32,000 bases of DNA from Prochlorococcus sp. MIT 0801 (GTDB lineage Bacteria; Cyanobacteriota; Cyanobacteriia; PCC-6307; Cyanobiaceae), in NCBI RefSeq assembly GCF_000757865.1, contig NZ_CP007754.1, forward strand, positions 1,650,001 through 1,682,000, in the 5' to 3' direction. How positions within the stretch are numbered: position 1 is the stretch's first letter; each line of letters begins with the position of its first letter. A program made the position numbers and the translations under genes. Below the pieces are notes generated by a model, which was not told the origin of the DNA, did no database searches, and saw only the letters and a list, made by a program, of their open reading frames with translations. This document shows positions 11,305-20,019 of the stretch, piece after piece.

Positions 11305-11832
11305 TTAAGCTCCAAGTAAATGATATTCCTTAATCAAAGGTAGAACAGTATCTAAATGCAAAGTACCAATTAGCAACCAAGCAAAAACGACACCTCCTGT
11401 GCCTCCTAACCAAAAACCATTTGTAAAATCACTCCATCCTGCTCTTGTAAATAAATCGGAAGGAGGATTAGCTACTGTTGCATCAGGAGGTTGTACGTTA
11501 GGAGCCTTACCTGCAGCGTTGTAAAGAATAAAAAGGGCAGTCAATATTTGAATAGCTCCCACACCGCCAAGCAAACCTGCCGTTAAGGCAAAATCAGTAT
11601 TCCTTAAAGGCCCAGTCATAGAAAAAGGACCAAAAAGTAAATAACCAAAAATTGCGCCTGTTTCTAGACCTCTGAAGTTTGGCGATAGGCCCTCTCTATA
11701 GACAGGAAGATTATTGATAACCATCTTTGTAAACCAACCACTGTTCACTGGGGTTTGAAGGTTGCCAACGGTTGGGTCTGAAACTGTTTTCACAGCCCAC
11801 CTTTGCATAAGTGTTTCTTGAGATTTAGTCAT
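11305..11832 (-). CDS. psaL: Photosystem I subunit XI
   Basis: [28 protein letters not shown] and the following hydrophobic helices are typical PsaL. The track ORF begins at a TTG (11838); the ATG two codons later (11832) is the more likely start. Confidence 0.92.
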   Translation of the reverse strand: MTKSQETLMQRWAVKTVSDPTVGNLQTPVNSGWFTKMVINNLPVYREGLSPNFRGLETGAIFGYLLFGPFSMTGPLRNTDFALTAGLLGGVGAIQILTALFILYNAAGKAPNVQPPDATVANPPSDLFTRAGWSDFTNGFWLGGTGGVVFAWLLIGTLHLDTVLPLIKEYHLLGA

Positions 11833-11869
11833 GGACAAAAAGAATTGGTAGAAATTTAGATTTTTAAAA

Positions 11870-11986
11870 TTATTCAGTAGCGGTTATGTACCTACCAATC
11901 AAAACAATGAAGACGGCTGGACCCATTATTCCAACTAAAGGAATCAGAATAGCGGGAAGCAAACTTGAAGCTAGTTCACTAGTCAT
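11870..11986 (-). CDS. psaI: Photosystem I subunit VIII (38 aa), not in the ORF track
   Basis: Hand translation of the minus strand gives [38 protein letters not shown]. The pattern AS-LP-ILIP-VG---PAV matches PsaI. The gene lies 31 nt upstream of psaL. Confidence 0.85.
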   Translation of the reverse strand: MTSELASSLLPAILIPLVGIMGPAVFIVLIGRYITATE

Positions 11987-12118
11987 TACTTATTTCAATA
12001 AATCCAACTTTATTTTATAGAATTATGATCTAATCAAACCAAATACAAACCTTGATGACATAAAAGTTCAATCCGTATATCTTCTTTAAAGATGCATTAC
12101 TAAACAGATTTTCTCATC

Positions 12119-12601
12119 ATGAATCAAGTTTTTGCTGGTGGTATAGCTCTAATTATTGCTTTGATCCTTTGGAGTTCAAAAAAACAACTAAAGGGATCAG
12201 CTTTTTTCAAATCTCAAAAGGATTCCTTTTCAAAGGCTCATTTAACATCGTCAGCATTGATAATCGATAAGACTTTACAAAATCAAAAATCAACCAAAAA
12301 GGATAATAAAAACTCCAAGCCTTTTTCACGGCCAACTTCACTTAATTCAATAGAAATAAAAAAACAATTAAATAAATTAATCTCTAGCAACCCCAATGAT
12401 CGTCTATTAGCTATTCAAATTGCTAGTCAATGGAACAACAAGAAAGCATTACCTTTTTTAAGAAGAGGATTGAAAGATTCTGACAGTAGGGTTGTTATTG
12501 CTGCTGCTACTGGAATTTCATCTTATAAAGGAAAAACTATTGATTTATATAAAAAACCTCAAGTTTCTAGACGTCCTCGAAATGTATCTCTAATCCGATA
12601 A
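12119..12601 (+). CDS. Hypothetical membrane-anchored protein with a HEAT-like (PBS-lyase type) repeat
   Basis: It has an N-terminal hydrophobic helix (GGIALIIALILW). C-terminal NDRLLAIQIA...LRRGLKDSDSRVVIAAATGI resembles HEAT_PBS repeats. The 3' end overlaps the convergent GT2 gene by 43 nt. Confidence 0.55.
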   Translation: MNQVFAGGIALIIALILWSSKKQLKGSAFFKSQKDSFSKAHLTSSALIIDKTLQNQKSTKKDNKNSKPFSRPTSLNSIEIKKQLNKLISSNPNDRLLAIQIASQWNNKKALPFLRRGLKDSDSRVVIAAATGISSYKGKTIDLYKKPQVSRRPRNVSLIR

Positions 12602-13521
12602 ATTGGTCTATTTTGACTTTCATGATAAGTGCGGATCTGAAGCTCTCCAAGTAATCCAAACCCAAAAAGTTGAACTCCAGTCACTGCAAGAAGTAAAGCA
12701 AAAATAAGTAAAGGTCTATTACCTATATCTTCTCCTAAAAGTTTGATGATTAATAGGTAAAAGCTTGTGATAAAGCTCCCAATAATTGCAAGAATTCCAC
12801 CAAAACCAAATACATACATAGGTCTAGTTAAAAATCTATTCATAAACCAAACAGTCAACAAGTCCATCAAGACTCTAAAAGTTCTATCTATTCCATACTT
12901 ACTAGATCCAAATTGACGGGCTCTATGATTTACTTTAACTTCCGTAATTCTAGCTCCTTCAATATTTGCAAGAACAGGCAAGAATCTATGCAATTCTCCA
13001 TATAATCTCATATCAGTCAGTACTTCTTTCCTATAAGCCTTTAAAGAACATCCATAATCATTAAGTCGCACACCAGTAACCTTCCCAATCAATCGGTTGG
13101 CAATTTTTGATGGAAGCTTTCTACTTATCGCAGCATCTTGCCTTCGATATCTCCATCCACTCACAAGATCAAATCCATCCCTAATCTTATTAACTAATAA
13201 TGGAATATCTGCAGGATCATTTTGCAAGTCACCATCAAGTGTAACCACTATCTCTCCTGAAGAAATATCAAACCCAGCTGCCATCGCTGCGGTCTGTCCA
13301 TAGTTTTTACGCAGAAGAACTCCAACTAATTCTGGTATATCAAAACTTAGTTTTCTAATTACCTCTGCACTGTTATCTGATGAACCATCATTAACTAAAA
13401 CTAGTTCAAAAGTTTCCCCCATAGGCTGTAAAACTTCTAATAACTGATTCACCAAAAAAGGAAGACTTTCTTCTTCGTTATAGATAGGAACAACAACTGA
13501 TAGTGCAACATTAGAATTCAT
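12559..13521 (-). CDS. Family 2 glycosyltransferase, polyprenol-phosphate sugar transferase type (DPM1/ArnC-like)
   Basis: It shows VVVPIYNEEESL, VNDGSSDNS, the DxD motif LDGDLQND, and two C-terminal TM helices, as in polyprenyl-phosphate glycosyltransferases. Confidence 0.9.
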   Translation of the reverse strand: MNSNVALSVVVPIYNEEESLPFLVNQLLEVLQPMGETFELVLVNDGSSDNSAEVIRKLSFDIPELVGVLLRKNYGQTAAMAAGFDISSGEIVVTLDGDLQNDPADIPLLVNKIRDGFDLVSGWRYRRQDAAISRKLPSKIANRLIGKVTGVRLNDYGCSLKAYRKEVLTDMRLYGELHRFLPVLANIEGARITEVKVNHRARQFGSSKYGIDRTFRVLMDLLTVWFMNRFLTRPMYVFGFGGILAIIGSFITSFYLLIIKLLGEDIGNRPLLIFALLLAVTGVQLFGFGLLGELQIRTYHESQNRPIYRIRDTFRGRLET

Positions 13522-13554
13522 TCAAAACTCCTCATAAAGTTCAATTAATCTTCT

Positions 13555-14307
13555 TTAGAGTTTTTCACTCTGATAACTAGAGATCACTCTTCCAGCAGAT
13601 CTAAATTTAGATCTGTAAAAAGAAGCAATTTTTCCAAGGTTCGGTTGAAATAAACCATCAATCTCTATTCCATTATGCCCATCAGTTACCCCAGAACTAT
13701 GAATATAAAAACCATTCTCAATATGTAATCCAACGTGGGTACATTTTTCAGATGATCCAAAGAAAAGTAAATCACCAGGTTTTAAATATTTGCCTAAAAC
13801 TTCAATATCCAATGCAATATTTTTGCAGAATTTTTCCTGCTGATAAGCATCTCTTGGTATCCAAATGCCTGAACTTGCAAAAGCAGATTGAACCAAACCA
13901 GAGCAATCAAAATTTGGACCTATCGTTCCACCCCACAAATATTCATTACTCATTTTTTTCGCAGCCTTAGTCCAAGACAATATCCCAGGAATCCTAGAAA
14001 AAATTCTCTCTTCAGTAAACAATTCAAATTCCCAAGATTCTATTTTTGAAGCTTGATGAGTTAATTCAGAAAATCTAAACCAACAAATATAGTCATCTTC
14101 CAAAAGACGCACTTTAACTCTATCGATGATTTCCTTATCTTTAAAATTAGATTTTAAGCAATCAATCAATTGAAAACTCCTACCAATACTTGCTTGTGTA
14201 ACTAATTCATCACTATTTTCACTTTTAAATCCATCAATGTTTATTCGCAGTTTCCATAAACTTCCCAAAACAAATGAAGCTTTAGTTAGCAAAACCTCTA
14301 AGGTCAT
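13555..14307 (-). CDS. NlpC/P60 family cell-wall peptidase
   Basis: The C-terminal domain has the catalytic Cys context FDCSGLVQSAF and the downstream His (CTHVGLHIENGFYIHSS). The track ORF starts at TTG 14346 and would overlap the divergent neighbour, so the first ATG (14307) is preferred. Confidence 0.85.
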   Translation of the reverse strand: MTLEVLLTKASFVLGSLWKLRINIDGFKSENSDELVTQASIGRSFQLIDCLKSNFKDKEIIDRVKVRLLEDDYICWFRFSELTHQASKIESWEFELFTEERIFSRIPGILSWTKAAKKMSNEYLWGGTIGPNFDCSGLVQSAFASSGIWIPRDAYQQEKFCKNIALDIEVLGKYLKPGDLLFFGSSEKCTHVGLHIENGFYIHSSGVTDGHNGIEIDGLFQPNLGKIASFYRSKFRSAGRVISSYQSEKL

Positions 14308-14328
14308 ATTGAATTCTTCTCGAGCGCT

Positions 14329-15222
14329 ATGGCGTTCTACCGGCAAGACCCTGAGATAGCATATTGCCTGAAAGGTCTACTCGATAGGCTTGAAAAAGAA
14401 GGTCGCCCATACCTTCAAGAAAACATTGCAATAACATGCATTCGTTATGACAAGGAAAGTCCATCTACATCTAGTGGATCTGGAACAGGATGGAATTCAA
14501 ACAAAATTTTTTACCCTGCAAGCGTAGTAAAAATAGTTTATGCATTGGCGACTCAGGTATGGCTTCAACAAGACTTAATTGTTGACTCAGAAGAACTTCG
14601 AAGAGCATTACATGAAATGATTGCTAAATCTAATAATGACGCTACAAGTTATATTTTAGATCTTTTAACAGGTACAACAAGTGGTCCATCTCTTAATGAA
14701 TCAAACTTTAAAGCATGGAAAATCCAAAGGCAATTAGTTAATGACTGGCTAGATGATCTTAGATGGCCTGAAATTAAAAATTGGAACTGCAGTCAAAAGA
14801 CTTGGAATGAAGGACCTTTTGGAAGGGAAAAAGATTTTTATGGAAAAAAGAATGAGAATCGAAACCGCATGACAACTGATGGTAGTGCCAGAATCTTTGA
14901 ATCATTAATGACTCTTGAAATGCTTCCAAAATTAAGAAGCGAGCATTTAATAAAAGTTTTTCAACGCTCGCTCGATCCAGTTTCTCGCAAGCAAGATTTA
15001 GAAAATCAAGTAGATGGTTTTTTAGGAGCAGGCCTTCCTTTGGCTTCTAAACTTTGGAGCAAAGCAGGGCTAATGAGTGAAGTTCGTCATGATGTCGCAT
15101 GGTGGGAGTCGCCAAATAAGAATCCCATGCTTGCAGTCGTCTTTACAACTGGCAAAGAATTAGTCAAAGATCAATTTTTACTTCCTGCGCTTAGCAGTGA
15201 GTTAAACAAATTAGCTATTTAG
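14329..15222 (+). CDS. Serine hydrolase, class-A beta-lactamase / penicillin-binding-like
   Basis: Three motifs appear in the right order and spacing: SxxK (YPASVVKIVYA), SxN (KSNNDAT) and a KTG-like KAG (WSKAGLMSE). Confidence 0.7.
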   Translation: MAFYRQDPEIAYCLKGLLDRLEKEGRPYLQENIAITCIRYDKESPSTSSGSGTGWNSNKIFYPASVVKIVYALATQVWLQQDLIVDSEELRRALHEMIAKSNNDATSYILDLLTGTTSGPSLNESNFKAWKIQRQLVNDWLDDLRWPEIKNWNCSQKTWNEGPFGREKDFYGKKNENRNRMTTDGSARIFESLMTLEMLPKLRSEHLIKVFQRSLDPVSRKQDLENQVDGFLGAGLPLASKLWSKAGLMSEVRHDVAWWESPNKNPMLAVVFTTGKELVKDQFLLPALSSELNKLAI

Positions 15223-15349
15223 CAATAAGTAAAATTCCAGCGAATAAAATAGATCCCAATAGAAATCCAACAGCCAAAAGCACGGCTATTATTGGTGTAT
15301 TTAAGTAAACAGATATAGTTGCGAGTTGATTACCCTTTGCTTCAGACAC
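15215..15349 (-). CDS. Possible 44-aa single-helix membrane peptide (GTG start), not in the ORF track
   Basis: Hand translation gives (V/M)SEAKGNQLATISVYLNTPIIAVLLAVGFLLGSILFAGILLIAK*. There is no clear RBS. It overlaps the end of the upstream plus-strand gene by 8 nt. Confidence 0.3.
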   Translation of the reverse strand: MSEAKGNQLATISVYLNTPIIAVLLAVGFLLGSILFAGILLIAK

Positions 15350-15471
15350 CTTTAAAACTCATAAAAATCACTTTGATTAAAGCATCTAACTCTGCCAAAA
15401 AACAAAAAAAGTTTAGCTGATAAAACAATTTTTAAAAAACCAAAGAATTTTTATTGATATCACAAAATAGT

Positions 15472-16035
15472 TCAAATAAAATTTGATTTTGGTTTCTTAT
15501 TTTGTAAGATTTTAATATCTTTATCCTTTTCAGTTGCTTTTATTGAGGTAACTTGTTTATCAATTTTTTTATTTATTATTTTTTCATCAGCTCTCTTTAA
15601 ATTATCATCTAGTGAGCTGACTTCAGTTGATTTATCTAAGTCTTTTGTCTCCAGATTTTTTTGGATTGTTGAATTTGTAGATTCTATATCCTTTAAAATA
15701 CTTATATCTTGAGCTTTATTTTGATCAACTTTTAAAATATCGTTGACTTCAGAATTATTAAATAAATTAAAATCAAATCTGCCTTTTGCAAAAGATACTG
15801 AGGTAAATACTAATAATGAACCTAGAATAATAATTAAAAAAATCTTCGAGAATAAACTATTTAGTGGAGTCCAAAATAGTGTTACTTTAGCCGCTTCATT
15901 AGTTTGTTTATATGTATCAGCAGAGGGACTTAAATCTAAAAATATATCTTGGTTAATCCACCCTTTATTAGCTTTCCTGTAGGGAGACTCACTTTTAGTG
16001 AAGTCAAAAACTTCTTGGATTCTTTCTTTAAGCAC
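15472..16035 (-). CDS. Hypothetical single-pass membrane protein with a Lys/Asp/Glu-rich low-complexity tail
   Basis: 187-codon ORF with a GTG start. It has a central TM helix (IFLIIILGSLLVFTSVSFA) and a charged C-terminal half. It lies on the same strand as, and downstream of, the Ala/Lys repeat gene. Confidence 0.55.
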   Translation of the reverse strand: MLKERIQEVFDFTKSESPYRKANKGWINQDIFLDLSPSADTYKQTNEAAKVTLFWTPLNSLFSKIFLIIILGSLLVFTSVSFAKGRFDFNLFNNSEVNDILKVDQNKAQDISILKDIESTNSTIQKNLETKDLDKSTEVSSLDDNLKRADEKIINKKIDKQVTSIKATEKDKDIKILQNKKPKSNFI

Positions 16036-16126
16036 AGGTTACGTTTACCTAAAACTACAAGAACGAAAACATAGCAGAAAGTCAGAATAAAAAAGTTGCT
16101 TTTATGTAGATATTAGTGAAATTGAA

Positions 16127-17152
16127 CTACCCAGCAATAAATACCATCGCAGAAACAAGAATAGCCGAAGCCAAAATCCCTATAGATGCTATTGACACGA
16201 TCTTTCCGGTGTTTAAGGAGACGGATACCGTTAACAATTCAGTTCTTGAGTCTCGTTTTTGTTGTGAATTAATTTGAGTTGGTGAATTACCTTTCTTATT
16301 GGCTTGAAATTTCTTCTGTGTTAGGGCTTTCTTCTCTGCTGCAGCTTTTTTATCTGCTGCGGCTTTCTTATTAGCTGCGGCTTTCTTATCTGCTGCGGCT
16401 TTCTTATCCGCTAAAGCTTTCTTCTCTGCTGCGGCTTTCTTATCTGCTGCAGCTTTTTTATCTGCTGCGGCTTTCTTATTAGCTGCGGCTTTTTTATCTG
16501 CTGCGGCTTTCTTATCCGCTAAAGCTTTCTTATCTGCTGCGGCTTTCTTATCTGCTGCGGCTTTCTTATCCGCTAAAGCTTTCTTATCTGCTGCGGCTTT
16601 CTTATCCGCTAAAGCTTTCTTCTCTGCTGCGGCTTTCTTCTCTGCTGCAGCTTTTTTATCTGCTGCGGCTTTCTTATCCGCTAAAGCTTTCTTCTCTGCT
16701 GCAGCTTTTTTATCTGCTGCGGCTTTCTTCTCTGCTGCAGCTTTTTTATCTGCTGCGGCTTTCTTATCCGCTAAAGCTTTCTTCTCTGCTGCGGCTTTCT
16801 TATCCGCTAACGCTTTCTTCTCTGCTGCGGCTTTCTTATTAGCTGCGGCTTTCTTATCTGCTGCAGCTTTTTTATCTGCTGCGGCTTTCTTATCTGCTGC
16901 GGCTTTCTTATCCGCTAAAGCTTTCTTCTCTGCTGCGGCTTTCTTATCTGCTGCGGCTTTCTTATCCGCTAAAGCTTTCTTCTCTGCTGCGGCTTTCTTA
17001 TCCGCTAACGCTTTCTTCTCTGCTGCGGCTTTCTTCTCTGCTAACGCTTTCTTCTCTGCTAAAGCTTTCTTATCTGCTAAAGCTTTCTTCTCTGCAGCAG
17101 CTTTCTTATCTGCTAACGCTTTCTTTTCTGCCTGAGCTGTTTGAACTTGCAC
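16127..17152 (-). CDS. Tail-anchored Ala/Lys-rich repeat protein: about 45 copies of the hexapeptide (A/L)A(E/D/N)KKA, then a short linker and a C-terminal TM helix
   Basis: 341-codon ORF with a GTG start and no internal ATG until the TM segment. Repeat units differ mainly by synonymous changes (AAG/AAA, GCC/GCT/GCA/GCG), which argues for coding constraint. The C-terminus is IVSIASIGILASAILVSAMVFIAG. Confidence 0.75.
   Translation of the reverse strand: MQVQTAQAEKKALADKKAAAEKKALADKKALAEKKALAEKKAAAEKKALADKKAAAEKKALADKKAAADKKAAAEKKALADKKAAADKKAAADKKAAADKKAAANKKAAAEKKALADKKAAAEKKALADKKAAADKKAAAEKKAAADKKAAAEKKALADKKAAADKKAAAEKKAAAEKKALADKKAAADKKALADKKAAADKKAAADKKALADKKAAADKKAAANKKAAADKKAAADKKAAAEKKALADKKAAADKKAAANKKAAADKKAAAEKKALTQKKFQANKKGNSPTQINSQQKRDSRTELLTVSVSLNTGKIVSIASIGILASAILVSAMVFIAG
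16325..17131. repeat. 18-bp tandem repeat array (about 45 units) inside the Ala/Lys repeat gene
   Basis: Plus-strand units take the form GCTGCGGCTTTCTTATCT, GCTGCAGCTTTTTTATCT or GCTAAAGCTTTCTTCTCT. Confidence 0.9.
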
Positions 17153-17399
17153 TTTAAATCCAAAATTTTGCCTTATTCAAGCACCCAGATCACTATGATT
17201 TTAGAAATATTGGCTAGTTGCAACGAAGTAATGCAATAGATTTTCTTTTCTTCTAAATATTTTCAATATCATCTTAAGTTTTTAGAACTAATAAAGCCTA
17301 ATTCAAATCTCTTCACAAGAAACTTTTTCGTCATTCAGAGGAAAGGATTCGTATTAAAATGAGAATTAAAAATCTTTTTACAAAAAAGTACTAAAAGAA

Positions 17400-19190
17400 A
17401 TGGAAGACTCTTATAAGAAAGAGAATAAAGAAGTCAATGAAGAAAAAACATTCTCAATTCCATCTTCATTAGAAAAAATTAAGGAGAATATTTCAATATC
17501 AAACAATACTCCTTATAAACCATCTAAAGAACAAATAATTAAGCAAGCATTTCAATTTCATTCAGAAGGCAACATTTCAGAAGCATCAAAATATTATCAA
17601 TATTTTATTAATCAAGGATTCAAAGATCATAGAGTTTTTTCTAATTATGGAAGTATTTTGAAAGATCTTGCCAAACTAAAAGAAGCAGAAATTTCAACTC
17701 GTAAAGCCATTGAACTTAATCCTAATTTCTCAAATGCTCATTACAATCTGGGGAATATACTAAGTGATCTTGGCCAACTAAAAGAAGCAGAAATTTCAAC
17801 TCGTAAAGCCATTGAACTTAATCCTAATTTCTCAAATGCTCATTATAGTCTCGGGAACATCCTGAACAATCTTGGCCAACTAAAAGAAGCAGAAATATCA
17901 CTTCGAAAAGCTATTGAACTTAATCCTAATAACGCTAATGCTCATTATAATCTTGGAAACATATTGAGCGAGCTTGGAAAGAAAAAAGAAACAGAAATAT
18001 CACTTCGAAAAGCTATTGAACTTAATCCTGAGCTAGCTCAAGCACATTCCAATTTAGGAAGAATATTGAAAGATACTGGCAATTTGCAAGAAGCAGAAAT
18101 ATTAACTCGAAAAGCTATTGATCTTAAGCCCGATTTGGCTGAGGCTCATTCCAATCTGGGACAAATCTTGAATGATCTTGGAATCTTACAAGATGCAGAA
18201 AACTCTACTCGAAAAGCTATTGAACTTAATCCTGATTTTGCTGAGGCTTATTTAAATCTATCTATGATAGAGCTTCTCAAAGGGAATTATCAATCTGGTC
18301 TAGATAATTATGAATTTAGATTCAAAGTAAATAAACCCAACCTTCCTCATGGCTTAACAAAAATGAAACGAAGAGACAGTAGCAAGTTACAAAAAGAAGA
18401 AAAGATCTTAGTCATCACTGAACAAGGCTTAGGAGATACTATTCAATATATGCGTTACATTCCATATCTAAAAAATCAAGGTTTTAATATTTCTTTTTGT
18501 GCTCAAACTAAACTACATCGATTAATACAAGCCTCAGGTATTGAAAAAAATCCTTTAACTCCTGAGCAAGCAAGTCAAGTTTCAGAAGGTACGTATATTC
18601 CATTATTATCTTTACCTAGATATTTAAAAGTAAGTCCAAATAATCCAATAATTTCAGAGCCATATATCTTTCCAACAAATGAACTAAAAAAGAAATGGAA
18701 AAAAATACTCTCTATAGAAAAAAAACCAATTATTGGAATTAATTGGCAAGGTAATCCAGCAATGGAAAAAATCAATTACAAAGGACGTTCTATACCTTTA
18801 GAAACATTCTCTATGCTTTTTGATCGAAATGACATAAGAATGCTTTCTCTTCAAAAGGGATTTGGTTCAGAACAACTCGATCATTGCTCATTCAGGAATA
18901 AGTTTGTTAAATCCCAACCTATAGTTAATTCAACCTGGGATTTCCTAGAAAATGCTGCCATAATTGAAAATTGTGATTTGATTATTACTTGTGATACTTC
19001 AATTGCTCATTTAGCTGGAGGGATGGGAAAAAAAGTTTGGCTACTGTTAAGAGATATCCCCTTTTGGACTTGGGGACTTGAAAAAGAAAATACATTTTGG
19101 TATCCATCGATTAGATTATTTCGTCAAAAAATTCGTCATAACTGGAATGAGGTTATGGAAAGAGTCGCTAAAGAAATAAAAAACTTATAA
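17400..19190 (+). CDS. TPR-repeat protein fused to a GT9 (heptosyltransferase-like) glycosyltransferase domain (paralog A)
   Basis: About 7 consecutive 34-aa TPR units carry the consensus AEAHxNLGxILxDLGxLKEAExSxRKAIELNPNF. The C-terminal half has GT9-type motifs (ILVITEQGLGDTIQYMRYIPYLK; ITCDTSIAHLAGGMGKKVWLLL). Confidence 0.85.
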   Translation: MEDSYKKENKEVNEEKTFSIPSSLEKIKENISISNNTPYKPSKEQIIKQAFQFHSEGNISEASKYYQYFINQGFKDHRVFSNYGSILKDLAKLKEAEISTRKAIELNPNFSNAHYNLGNILSDLGQLKEAEISTRKAIELNPNFSNAHYSLGNILNNLGQLKEAEISLRKAIELNPNNANAHYNLGNILSELGKKKETEISLRKAIELNPELAQAHSNLGRILKDTGNLQEAEILTRKAIDLKPDLAEAHSNLGQILNDLGILQDAENSTRKAIELNPDFAEAYLNLSMIELLKGNYQSGLDNYEFRFKVNKPNLPHGLTKMKRRDSSKLQKEEKILVITEQGLGDTIQYMRYIPYLKNQGFNISFCAQTKLHRLIQASGIEKNPLTPEQASQVSEGTYIPLLSLPRYLKVSPNNPIISEPYIFPTNELKKKWKKILSIEKKPIIGINWQGNPAMEKINYKGRSIPLETFSMLFDRNDIRMLSLQKGFGSEQLDHCSFRNKFVKSQPIVNSTWDFLENAAIIENCDLIITCDTSIAHLAGGMGKKVWLLLRDIPFWTWGLEKENTFWYPSIRLFRQKIRHNWNEVMERVAKEIKNL

Positions 19191-19259
19191 TCAAAAGAAT
19201 ATAAAGGCAAAATTCCTATATAAGCCTACTATTAAAGTAACATCTAAAGTATTGGGAGA

Positions 19260-19823
19260 ATGAATGGTCTTAAGCTAAATCTTGGATGTGGAGAAAGAAA
19301 GTTGCCAGGTTATATCAATGTAGATAAATTTGGAAGCCCAGATATTAAACATAATTTAGAATCCTTTCCTTGGCCTTGGAAAAAAAATTCAGTATCTGAG
19401 ATACAATTAATACATGTTCTAGAACATTTAGGAAAAGATATAGAAATATACTTTGGAATATTTAAAGAGATGTATAGAATATGTAATAATGGAGCAAATA
19501 TTAGAATAGTTGTTCCCCACTTTAGACATCAATTCTTCTATGATGATCCAACTCATGTAAGAGTTGTCACACCTTTTGGTTTACGATTATTTTCTAAGAA
19601 ATTAAATAAGTTTTGGATAGAAAATGGTTCATCTAATAGTACTCTTGGAATATATTTAGACATCGATTTTGAACTTAAAGAAATAATTTTAAAAGCAAGT
19701 GAAGACTGGTATAGATTACATCCAGATAAAAATGTCGATATTAATTTGCTCCAACAGGAATCGAATATATACAATAATTTAATTGAGCAATATGATATGA
19801 TGCTTGAGGTGGTAAAAGAATAA
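19260..19823 (+). CDS. Class I SAM-dependent methyltransferase-like protein
   Basis: N-terminal LKLNLGCGERKLPGYINVDK (motif I) and IHVLEHL resemble the Methyltransf_11/23 type. A GGGAGA RBS lies just upstream. Confidence 0.65.
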   Translation: MNGLKLNLGCGERKLPGYINVDKFGSPDIKHNLESFPWPWKKNSVSEIQLIHVLEHLGKDIEIYFGIFKEMYRICNNGANIRIVVPHFRHQFFYDDPTHVRVVTPFGLRLFSKKLNKFWIENGSSNSTLGIYLDIDFELKEIILKASEDWYRLHPDKNVDINLLQQESNIYNNLIEQYDMMLEVVKE

Positions 19824-20019
19824 CGATACTGATATTAATAAATCATACAATCGAAACGAATAGATATTACGATTATCATTCTTAGAAGTACAAAACTTTA
19901 TTAGATTTCATATATTGGAAAGAAAGATAGATTAATGTTAGATATTAATTTTTTTTGCTTTTTAAGAAGGAATAATATACCTTAATTAATAAATAACCTA
20001 TTCAACAGATAAATTTATA

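Noticed and set aside
13097-13303. 68-aa plus-strand ORF inside the GT2 gene
   Set aside because: It is a nested antisense ORF within a CDS that carries clear GT2 motifs.
13752-13970. 72-aa plus-strand ORF inside the NlpC/P60 gene
   Set aside because: It is a nested antisense ORF covering the catalytic-Cys region of the real gene.
14307-14346. Apparent 18-nt 5' overlap of the divergent genes 13555-14346 and 14329-15222
   Set aside because: It most likely comes from taking the most upstream TTG. Using the first ATG (14307) for the NlpC/P60 gene removes the overlap and leaves a short (21-nt) divergent spacer. It is noted but not considered biologically special.
15743-15982. 79-aa plus-strand ORF opposite the 15472-16035 gene
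   Set aside because: It is nested antisense in AT-rich low-complexity sequence, and the longer minus-strand frame is preferred. Confidence in either is only moderate.
16325-17131. Regular 18-bp repeat array considered as CRISPR or a non-coding satellite
   Set aside because: There are no unique spacers between repeats and the period is far too short for CRISPR. The repeats maintain one long open frame, and the differences between units are mostly synonymous, so this is a coding tandem repeat.
18575-18775. 66-aa minus-strand ORF inside the TPR-GT9 gene
   Set aside because: It is nested antisense, with an Ile/Phe-rich composition typical of AT-rich off-frame translation.
19553-19774. 73-aa minus-strand ORF inside the methyltransferase-like gene
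   Set aside because: It is nested antisense with no motif support.
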